A stretch of DNA of 64,000 nucleotides from Monocercomonoides exilis PA203. Its lineage: Eukaryota > Protista > Preaxostyla. Location: contig LSRY02000004.1 in assembly GCA_001643675.2 (NCBI GenBank), positions 1,426,001-1,490,000 on the forward strand, read 5' to 3'. This document shows positions 50,601-61,620 of the stretch, one piece after another. A program made the translations under genes and the position numbers. The notes under the pieces are model-generated. The model saw only the letters and a program-made list of their open reading frames with translations, was not told the origin of the DNA and searched no databases. The number at the start of each line of letters is the position of its first letter. The first letter of the stretch is position 1.

Positions 50601-53040
50601 TCTTCTATTTCGTCTTATTCATCAGCCTTTCAAAATACTTCTGTTATAAAACAATTTTTTTATCCCCTCCAGCCACTTGCACAGACACACAAGAAGCACA
50701 GCAGCCACACACTCAAACCGATCTCTATTGCGCATCCACATTCAACCCTCTCGCAAAATGCTTCTGAAATCAAAAGACAGAAGAAGAAGTTAACAGTAAG
50801 TCAGAAGCGAAACTCATCTCTTTCGTCTTCTTCTGCAAAGACTCAACTGACTATTTCAACATTTTCTGCGCATTCATACGCAGTTACATATTCTTCTTCT
50901 TTGTTTTCTTCCTCTTCCTCTTCTTCTGTTTCTCAAGAACCACCTTGTTCGCCCCGCCCCACCTTTCCTTAATTTCTCCACCACTGAGTCGGCTGTGCTG
51001 AGGCTTGCGGGCAGAGAAGCACGATGGAAGACAGCGTGTTGCTGCTGCCCATTGATGGATGAGGCGTAGAGAAGCTTGTGTGCGATGGAGAAGAGGGGAT
51101 TTTGGCTCGCATACTGAAATATCCGCAGGAGCTGAGGTTTGGTGAGAAAGGAATGAAGGCACTGGAAGACAGAGAGGATGAGATCTGGGCAAGGATGATG
51201 AGAGAGAAAGAGAAAAGGAAGAAGGAAAGAATGGAAAAGGAAAAGAGAGGAAGAAAAGAGAAAGAAAAGAAGAAGAGGATGATAAATCCAGAAATAAGCT
51301 AAATACAAACACAGAAGCAAGTAATGTTGAAATTAACTCACAAACGTTGCCTTCATCTTCTCCTTCGTAGTCATCATCTTCTTCTTTATATTCTTCAACA
51401 AAAAGTATTTAAGAACAGAATGTGAATGCACACACAACAAATGCAGCTGATGATGCTTTTCTTCAACCTCCTCTGAATATTCCTCCTCCTCCTCCTCTTT
51501 CCACTCAAGCTCAATTCAATGCCTCTGCTCTCTTCTCAACTACTTCTTCCATACTCCCCTATGCACCTCTTCTTCTTCTTCTTTTTCTTCTTCTTATCCT
51601 TCCTCTTCCTCTTCTTCGTATTCCCTTTTTCTGCTTTCTCTTCCCCATCCTCTTATTTTCCCTTCACAACTCGATTCATCTTCATCGTCTCCTTCTCCTT
51701 CTTCCCCTTCTTATCTCTCTTTCTCTCAGAGTTAAGAATGACAGATTTCAAGGTGTGTCTTTTCATCTGTTTCTTCCTTAACACGAAAGCCTGAAAGCAT
51801 TGATACGAAAGGCAGAGGAGAGAGATGATTGTTAATTCAGCGCCGAGTGAATCAACAGTTGAGGAGCCACTAAGATGTGCCAGGAAAAATGACTCCGCCT
51901 CCTCATTTGAACGAGGCGATCTTGAGTGCTCTAACAGATCAAGCAGATGAGGTTGCAGCTGGCAGTGAGGGAAAATAAACAAATGGAAAGGCTTTAACTG
52001 GTGAGCTGGAAGCTGTCGGCATGCACACTCCAACAGAGCTGAGCGAGCGAGATGGCAGTGAAGACGAAATGAATCGTGCTGAAGAAGCTTATTGACTGAT
52101 AAAACACAGCGAGATGAGAATGACAACACTGAAACCTCCAAAGGCGAGATCCGTGTCGATGAGATGCTCGATGGAGCAGCTGGAGCCATCGTCGAGCAGG
52201 AGCAGATGCTGGCAGCACTGAGGACGGAGAGGTTGGTGTCGGAGGGGAAGAGGGAGGAAGCGGGGAGAGCACGAAGAGCAGGGCATGTGAAGTGGAAGGA
52301 ATAAACAGATATGTTGGAGGGGCGAAGGGTTCTTCAACAAGAACAAATGAGGGTGGGGTTGAGGCGGACGAGCTGGTCAGCCGCGGAAAAGAGGAAGGAG
52401 TACACAGCTAGTTATCCGTCGAGGAGGGAGAAGAGGGAAGAGTGGGCTGATCCAGAGGGAGTTTTCTATTGAGCGGCAGATGCAGAGTACAACAGTGGAA
52501 AGGGAGATGCAGGTCTCAAGCAGGTAGCTGCACTGGCAGGCAGAGGTTCAGGTGTCCTGCTCGACGAACATTTAGTAGGCGCGTAAGAATGTGATTAAGG
52601 GGAGGAGTCGGCATCGATGTTGGGGTCTGTGGGAGGAGTGGAAGGCGAAGTGGAGGTTGAAAATGAGAGTGGGAGGTGGGGGCCGGCTGTGGTCAGCACG
52701 AATCCGCTGAGCTCATCGATGGCAAACACCACGCAACCCAAGCCATGTGTCTGTGCCTGGCCTCGCAACCTCCTCTGGACTCGCTGCGATCTTTGCACGA
52801 CCCCCGTCTTCGCTCCCCTTCTCCCCACCCCTGCCATCTTCTCACACCTGCTGCACTCCACCACGCTGATGCTCCCAGTGCACATGGTCTGTGAAAACAA
52901 CGTGCTCGCCACTTCTTCCAGTGTTTCGAACTTGCACAGTATCAGCCTCCAAGAGCTGATTGTTATCAGCCCGAAAATAATCATCTCTACTTTCTAAAAT
53001 CACCCTTTGCATTCTCATTCAGGGTTGAAACTGAACCAAG
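47650..53040 (+). pseudogene. Heavily decayed host-like gene (charged and Ser-rich blocks) in the right arm
   Basis: Coding-like GC content and GAA/TCT-rich blocks, but only short ORFs (<=186 aa on +) in shifting frames with many stops. Limits approximate. Confidence 0.6.
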
Positions 53041-54189
53041 CAAGGCTGATGAAAAATGCAAAAAAAATTATTCACATATCTGTCCAGCTTTAAAAGTGAT
53101 TTTCGAAGAGGAAGAAATAGCACAGAGAAATATATTCAGAAAAATAATTGAATGGAATGTTCACCAAGCAAATTAGGCAATGCTAAAAAGAAAAACAGAT
53201 GATAAAAAAGATGAGATCATTATATTTGTGGGCTTTTTAAGTGGAAAAAGTAGATAATTTTGTATTTCTTTTTATTTTTTTTAATATTTTCTTTGTAAAT
53301 TTTTTAAAAAACTTTGATCAATTTGACAAAATAATTTCTTTTAAGTATTGTTTATTTCCAAGCAAATATCAACTTCTAATTGTTGCATATCTGATAAATA
53401 TCTTGTTTAACTATTATATTTTTCATTTGTGTTTTTGAAAATTGTTTGTTTTCAACAAAAGTTTTATGATCTTCAGAATTAATTTTAAAATTTCTTTGTA
53501 ATAACTCATAAAACTAATTTTCATATTAAAAAATTATTGATTTCATATAGTTATTATTGTTATCATGTTGTATTAACGATTAGGCAAGTATCTTGTTCTT
53601 TTTATTGAATTCTTTATATTTTTGAATAATTTTTTATGTTTTTTTCAAAATATGAAATAAAAACAATTTGAAATGAATTAAAATCAAAAAATAAGCAATA
53701 ACAACTATATACAAAGCAATATTTTTGCATGATCATCATTTTTATTTTTCTTTTTTAAGCAACCCTTAATGAAAATTTTTTATGATCAAACGTCGGAATT
53801 TTTTATGATATCAAAAAAAATCACCCACATTTAAATCTTCAATTCGGTAAAAACATTTGTTTCAAAATCAATTATCATGCTTTTTCTCTTTTGTATTAAA
53901 ATTTTCTTTCAAAAAACCAACAATCATTGAAAAGTTAACACCCCGAAAAAAGATATGATTTCAAAAATAATCACCCATATATATATATATATATATATCT
54001 CAATATTGGTTTTGCTGTTCGACCGACATGCATATTTTTATTTTCACTTGTCGCAAAGGCCTTCTTTTAACAGATGAATTTGATTGTGAAAAAGGTAATA
54101 GAAAACAATCCTTTTTTTTTCACTGTTTATGACTCTAATGAAAAATCAATAAAGTATGGTTTTGATCATAATCAAATCTAGATATTTCA

Positions 54190-55143
54190 ATGGCTATCAA
54201 GCGTATTCAAAAAGTTTGTTCGAAATTTAAGTATCAACAAAATGACATTAACATATTTATTTTGATTTATAGGAATTAACAGAACTTCAAAATGATCCTC
54301 CTTTGGGATGTAGCGGAGGTCCAATTAGGGATACTGACATCTTTAACTGGCAAGGTTTCTTTTTGTAATGCAAAGTTCATAATTTTGCATTTTTATTTAA
54401 ATAAAATGAAAATTTATTAACAACAAATCAGCAACAATTTGCGGTCCAGTTTGTCGCTTTTTGTTTATTGATTATATTCCATTCATGATTTTACCATCTC
54501 CATTGTACACAATTCAATTTCATGCACTATAATTTCCAACTGAATTTTAATTTTTATTCATTAGGAAGGAACCCCTTACGAAGGAGGAGTGTTTTATTTG
54601 GATGTGAAATTCCCAACCGGTCTGTTTAAAATATAAATTGTATATATGTATATAAAAATTGCCCTTTGCACGCATATTTCTTTTTTTTTTTTTTTGAACA
54701 ATTATAGATTATCCATTCAAGGTAATTTTTTAAAATTTAATTTTTTTACAATATTGAGTAAAAAATTTAATATTTGTGCAAGCCTCCACAAGTTAAATTT
54801 AGAACTAAAATTTATCATCCAAACGTTAATCCAGAAGGAGGAATTTGCCTTGACATTCTCAAAACAGACTGGGCCCCAAGCATGTCCATCTCAAAAGGTA
54901 TATTTTAGATTTTGGATTAAATGAAAATATTTGGAATCTTCTTTTCATTCAGTTCTTCTTGCTGTCCAGGTTCTTCTCACAGATCCCGATCCAAGTATGA
55001 ATCAGTTTCATTGTGATTTCTTTTATCATTTTAAATTTCATTTAGATCAACCATTTGCACCTGAAATCGCTGAAGTAATGCGCACAGATAAAAAGAAATT
55101 TGAAGAAACGGCAAGAGAATGGACAAAACAATATGCCTCATAA
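54190..55143 (+). CDS. Ubiquitin-conjugating enzyme E2 (Ubc4/5-like), 8 exons
   Basis: MAIKRIQK|[14 protein letters not shown]|ATICGP|[13 protein letters not shown]|DYPFK|[28 protein letters not shown]|..DPDP|..[10 protein letters not shown]. Confidence 0.93.
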
Positions 55144-55521
55144 GCAGATAATATAGCTTCCCTTTCTTCACATAATTTATGTATCTTTACATTTTTTCTT
55201 AAATCGTTTTTAAATACATTTTCGCTCCATTTTTCAAATATTTATTTAATAAATTGTAAAAAGACTTTATTATTTATCATTTTTCAAACGAACTCTCCCG
55301 TACTTTTCAAGTTTATTTAATTACTGTTGTTTTATTGTTGCTATAAGCTGATATGGCACCATTTCCCCCCACGCTTTTACCGTTTTAATAAAGCATTCAC
55401 AAATTAATAGTAAAATTATTGTTAATTTACAAAATGTTGACTCTTTAAAAAAAAACTCTCCCTTATTCCAAAATAGTTTTATTTTCTATAACTTTTAAAA
55501 ATGATTTAGTGAGTTAAAATA

Positions 55522-56328
55522 TCATCTTTTCTTCTTTCCCTTTCCAGTAGATCTGCTTTGTCCTTCTTTTTGAGTTTTATTATTTTCTGATGAGTTTGCT
55601 TCTTGATCCTTTTTCTGTTTTTCTTCATCAATTTTACTTTGAATCGCTTTTGAAGTATGATTCCAAATTTCCCTTTTTGTAGACGCCTTCATTGTATATG
55701 AATTTTCGCCATCGTTGTAATATTCTATGCCTCTTTCATCAACTCTTAAAGAGGAAAAATTATGAAAAGACGATCAAAAATTCTACATACATAAATCCAA
55801 GAGTTTTTTGATATAAATGCTTTGCTGCCATATTTGATTCACGTACGTTCAATATAACATGATCTGAGTTATATATTTCTCCCATGGATCTCTCTGAATG
55901 TATGTCAAACATGATGAAATATTTGTTACTTTCATAAAATAATACAAACCTGCCATCTTCATCAATGTTGTTGCAAGACCCAATTTTCTATAAGTTCTTA
56001 ATACAGATACAGATGTTATATGTCCATGCGGAATATCCTTTGCATTTCCTTTTTCTTCCCTAAAAATAGAAAATATTTTGTAAAAATTTGTTTTTCATTA
56101 AAGTTTCAAATTTTAGTCAACAGAGCTTGGTTAAGTGCGCTCACACATTTGAGACATGACATATCCACAAATTTTTTGTTTTCCAGGAACTTCAGCGACT
56201 TCAAGCATTTCCGGGCTGGCAAGATAATGAAACAGATAATAACGATAACTGTAATTCTCCGCCAAGTTTTTCAAATTACAATTTTGCATTTCCAGCAGAT
56301 CTGAAAACATTGCTCTTCTGCAATTCAT
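55522..56328 (-). CDS. NAA10: N-terminal acetyltransferase NatA catalytic subunit (Ard1/NAA10-like), multi-exon
   Basis: MQNCNL.NLAENY..RYYLFH, GYV, PHGHITSVSVLRTYRKLGLAT, LNVRESN.AA.HLY..TLGF, YYNDGE. Confidence 0.9.
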
Positions 56329-57011
56329 TATAAAGATGTTACTACTTTATTTTTGAGAAGAATAACAAAGATATAATTGTCTTTATATGGGTATCTTTGA
56401 TCTTGTTCGAATGGTATATTTAAATTTTATTTTTCAAATTTTTTTTTTCTTTTTCTTTTTCTTTTCTTTTTCTTTTCTATTCTATTCTTTTCTTTTTTTG
56501 CTTCTTATCGCTGTTTATTCAACAACAAAATCATTTCAAATTATTTAACAATTGCGTTTATTAAAAAATTCTGATTTATTGTGGATAAAAAATACAAGAT
56601 ATTTTCTATGACTCAAGTTTTACAAACGTCACACATTATCAAATTAATAATTCAAAAAATTAACCCTGGTTAAAAGTGAAGAGATGCGCAAAATTATTTG
56701 ATTTGAATAATTAAAAAATTTCACAAACTTCATTTTGAAACCCCATAAATAAAACAAGATAATTGATTGAGGAAATATCAGCTTTGTTGTGTCTGTATTT
56801 AAACAAACACTAAAACATAAATAAGAACTAACTTTCTACCTGAAACAAAACAAAATAAATAAAATAAATAAAATAAAATATTCAAAACGAAAACTTAGCG
56901 CAATTCTATTTTTTCATACAGATCAAACTGACAAAAATAAAATCACAAAATATACAAAAAATTAAAAAAAAAATATATTCTTTGTCACATCAATAACAAT
57001 CAATGACATCT

Positions 57012-60000
57012 TCAAGGGAGCAAAGCAAGCACTTTCCACTCATTCAGCGAAACAGCTTCGATGCAACTCTGAAAATCAGAGTCTGACAGCCCAAATTTCC
57101 TGCCACTCTGCTCCCATCGATCTTCCCTCTGGCTCATCTTCAGCTTCACAGCAGAATCCAGCTCAAAATCAGCTGTGCCTGTGTATCGCTCACACAAGAC
57201 ATCATCATCGTCTGGAAACACAATCTCTTCTTCTTCTTCTTCTTCTTCCTCCTCCTCCTCTTCTTCTTCTTCCTCCTCTTCTTCTTCCTCCTCTATAAAC
57301 CCATCAACACTTGAAAGCGAATCATTTCCGCTTTTTCCCTCTTTATTGTTTTTCTTTGCCCTGTCTGTTTTTCTGCTTCTTCTCCTCTCTTCAGCAGGAG
57401 TCAACGTGCTGTGTATTTGGTGAGGGACTATCCATTTTGCAGCAACCGGATCAAAAATCGGTACAAGCTTCTGTTTTTGTTTCTGTTTCTGTTTCTGTTT
57501 TTGTTTTTTTGATTTCGATTTTTTAGAATTTTGTTGAGTTTTCGTGATATTTTTGTCATCTGAAGTCAAATTGCCTGACATAAGTTTCACAGCGTTGTTT
57601 TGATTCGCATTGACTTCGTTTCCTTGGCTGTTATTAACATCAAATGCTGTGCCTTCTTTGGATTCTTGTCCAATTCCATTGTTGCCATCTCTATCTCCAT
57701 CAACTTTATCATCATCATCATTATCCTCCTCTTCATCTTCTTCCTCATCATCATCATCAGGAAAAGCTTCATCTGCTTCATCTGCGTCTTCCCCACCCAT
57801 TCCCTCTGCACTCTCATTCACCTCCAACACTACAGACAGCCCTCTCCTTTGCCTCTGCTTTTGCCTCAACGCCTCAAAATCAATCACAATTTCATCATCT
57901 CCAAACAGATCGTCAAAATCGTCGTCGCCTTCGTTCTCTGAGAAGTTCGCTCTGTCTTCTTCTTCTTCTCCTCTTCTTCCTTCTTCTTCTCTTTCTCTTC
58001 CTTCTCTGTAGCCTTCTTCATTGCCTTCACCTGCTAATTCTCTTGCTTCTGCTCCTGCTTCATCATCACCTTCAAAATCACTCACAAACCCATCTTCAAC
58101 ATCTTCATCTTCATCTTTTCCATTTCCATTTCCATTTTCTTTTCCACTTCTTATTCCATTCTGCTTCTGCAATGCTCCTTCCCTCCCATTCGCCCCGTCC
58201 CCCATCCCACTACGAGCCGTCCTGCCTCCATTCAACGGCGAATGCGATCTGCTAAACGACACATTCGCGAAAAATTCATCATCATCATCATTGTCATCAT
58301 CATCTTCATCATCATTTCTTTCAATGAATTTTGAAATATCCACATTCGCCCCACTGTTTCCGTGTGAAGCAGAGTTGTTTCTGAGATGAGAAGAGGTCTT
58401 TTTGATTGTCCTGTCCTTCTGTGTGTCTTCGCTCCATGCTGCAAGTGTCTTCAGAATAACAGACTGAGGCTGAAATGCTAAAGGAGCATCAGGAAAGAGA
58501 GGGATTGCTGCAGAAGTGGCTGAAGTGGCAGAGGAAGAATTGGAGTTGGAATTTGAATAAGAGGAAGAGGAAGAAGAAAAAGAACGGGAAGTGGAAGAGG
58601 AAGAGGAAGGAGAGTGAGAGAAAGAGGACGAAGAAGAGGAAGAAGAAGGAGATGTGGAAGCAGAAGGAAAAGCAGATGATGAAGCAGATTTGGATGATCT
58701 GGAAGAGGAAGAGGAAGAAGAAGAAAAAGGCGATCCACCAAAGCCAGTAGCCGAACCAGGAGCAGAAATTGGAGAAGTCACCATCATACGTGAGGAAGAG
58801 GAAGATGATGAAGAAGAGACAGGCGTTGAAAACAGCGCAGAAGAAACAGAATGGAACGGCCTGCCAGAATAAGGCGAGTCAGAGAAAAGTGAAGTGGGTA
58901 CAGAAGCAGCAGAAGAAACAGAAGAAGCCGAAGAAAGAGAGATTTTCTCAAAAGAGTCGTTGTGCTTGTTCATTTCATCCGCACTGCAGAAGAGAGAGTT
59001 TGAGCTGATGTGGCGATGACCTTTCTTCCTCTTCTTTCTGTTGCTGATGCTGTTATTATTATTATTGTTATTGAGAGGGAATGAAGTGAAGGAAGACAAA
59101 GAAATATGCGATTTGTGGGAGGCATGAGATGCATGTGAAATGTGGGAATTTTTGGAATTATGAGAATTATGAGAAATATGTGAAGTGCGTGAGGCAGAAG
59201 ATTCTTGAGAGACAAGAGAAGAAAGAGAGGCAGCTGAGTCAGAAGAGCAGAGAGAGCGAGAAGAATTGTGTGTGGCAACAAGATCTTCTGAAGCAGCAGT
59301 ACAAGAAGAAGAAGAAGGAGGAGGAGGAAAAGTGATATTGTGTGGGGATGAAGTGGAAGAGGCAGCAAGAGAAGAAGAGAGAGAAGAAGAGAGGGAAGAA
59401 GAGAGAGAAGCTGTCTGAGTAACCAGAGGAGGAGGGGCTGGCGACACCCGTTTGGAGAGCGGAGAAAGAGGAGAAGGAGGGAGGTGTGTGTGTGAAGCAC
59501 TGGATTTTGCAGACAAAGAAGCAGGCGAGCGGGGAGGAGTGGCAGAGAGGGAGGAGAGAAGCGAGCTGGGGGAGTCAAGATTGATGGAGCGCATAGAAGA
59601 GGAAAGGGCAGCAGACAGACGCATTGGAGCTTCAGTGCTGGGGGAAGAAGGGAGAGAGGCGCTGGCTGGGAGTGTGTGTTTGGGGGATCTGTTATCATCA
59701 TTGCTTGATGAATGAGAAAAGGATTGTGGCTGAAATTGCATTTGCTGCATTTGTTGTTGCTGATTCTGTTGTTGTTGTTGATATCCCTTTCTCCTCTCTG
59801 AAGACGAGCCGAACGATGCTTGCGAGTGATTCGAGCGGGACGTGGCAGAGGAAGGCAAAGAGGCTGAATCAGCGCCGCTCAGCTTCGAAGACTCTCTTTC
59901 CGCTGCATTCATCGCCTGGCCGATGTTCTGGCAGATGTCTGAGACTGCACGCATGTTTAACGTGAAGGCCCAGGACGGAGGGATGTGGGAGGAGACGCGG

Positions 60001-61587
60001 GTGCGGAGGATCTGGCGGGCTGAGAGAGAAGAAGGGGTGGACGGGGCAAGGGTGGTGGTGGAGGAGTTTGTAGACGAAGAATTGGAAGAGGAGGAGGAAG
60101 AAGAGGAAGAAGAGGAGGAAGGCAATAAAGGGTTCTTGGTCTTTCTTGGCAGAGTAACACCAGATGAGATCAAGACATCTCTATTGACACCAACTGCCTC
60201 GTCTTCTGATGATGATACGTCTTCCTCAGTGTATTCATCACTTCCTTCTCCTCCTTCTCCTTCTTCTTCTTTTTCTTCTTGTCTTTTGTCGCTTCCATTC
60301 TCTTTATCATTTTGTGGTTGTTGTTGCAAATTCTTCTTCTCTTTCTTCTCTTTCCTCTTCCTCCTCTTCTTCTTCAGCGTCTCCGCCCCGTCCTCTGCAG
60401 TAGCAGCAGTCATTCTCAGCACTGCCTCTTTGATCTGCATTGTTTCATAGTCCATTTCTTCTTCCTCGTCTTGCTCAGCTCTTCCACGGGCAGTTACTGC
60501 ACCAGACGGATGGATCAGCACAGAAGCATTGGAGAGGAGGGCAGAGGGAGAGGAGATGGAGGAGATGGAGGAAGAAGGAATTGGGGTTGTAATGGAGGAA
60601 GAAGGAGAGGAAGGAGAGGAAGAGGAAGAAGAAGAAGATGATGATGAAGATGAAGCCTTAATTGATGGCACATGGAATCTAGTTTTAGCAGAATCATGAA
60701 TGGGAGAAACAATTGCCTCTATTTGCTTAGACTTCGTGGTTGAAGAAAGGGGAGCAACTGCTAACAATTCATTGTCAGAGCCAAGAAAAGAACCATCACT
60801 CGATTTTGACTCAGATGCTTGAATATATTTGGCTTCTGGGCTTTTGAGGGAAGATGAGTTAAAGTTTGGTTCTGTGAAGTTATTGTTCATATTGCTTGTG
60901 TCTGGACAGTTGTGTGAATGCTTCTTTTTCCCTTTTTTGTTCATATCCCTTTGAAGAATGTTGATTGATTCTGCGTTATCAATGAAAACTTCTGAGTTTT
61001 CCCCTTCTTTTCTGTCAATTTTTCCTTCTTTCATGTCAATTTCATTACAAACACTTTCTTTTTTATCTTCTTTTCTTTCTTTTGCTCTTTCTTCTTTGAC
61101 TTCGTCAGCTTCATTCTCACTATCTCCAAAGAAATCATCAGACATCTCATCAAATTCGTCTCCACTTGTTTCTTCTCTTTCTCTTTCTCTTTCTCCTTCT
61201 TCTCCTTCTCCTTCTCCTTCTCCTTCTTCTCCTTCTCCTTCTCTCCTCCCTTCTTCACCCTTGCTTTCCACACTCGATTCATCTTCATCTTCATCATCTT
61301 CATCGCTATCATCATAATCATAATCAGAATCAGAATCAAAATCATTATCATCATCATCATCATCACTTCCCCTTCTCTTGTTATTCCTTCCTTTTCCTTT
61401 TCCTTTTCCTTTCCCCTTTGTTCGCTTCGGCTTCTCCATAAAGCGCAGAAGATCAGGGCGAATAGCTAAAACAGATTGCTGTGCTCTTTTGATGACATCT
61501 TCAGAAGAGAAAGCAGAAGAGAAAGCAGAATCAGAACTGAAAGAAGAAGATAAAGCAGCAATGGAGGTTGGGGTTTGGATGAGGGGA

Positions 61588-61620
<33 letters not shown>

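Larger units (their letters stand above)
33633..53826. mobile_element. Giant (20,194 bp) Sola2-like DNA transposon with USP-bearing transposase and cargo
   Basis: 28-bp perfect TIR GGGTGATTTTTTTTGATATCATAAAAAA (33633-33660, 53799-53826), ACAT TSD (33629-32, 53827-30), host MITE split at this point, central DDD transposase. Confidence 0.87.
33523..53976. mobile_element. MITE family A split into two halves (33523-33632 and 53831-53976) by the giant transposon
   Basis: The joined halves (256 bp) reproduce the reverse complement of 13511-13768; ATAT on both sides. Confidence 0.88.
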
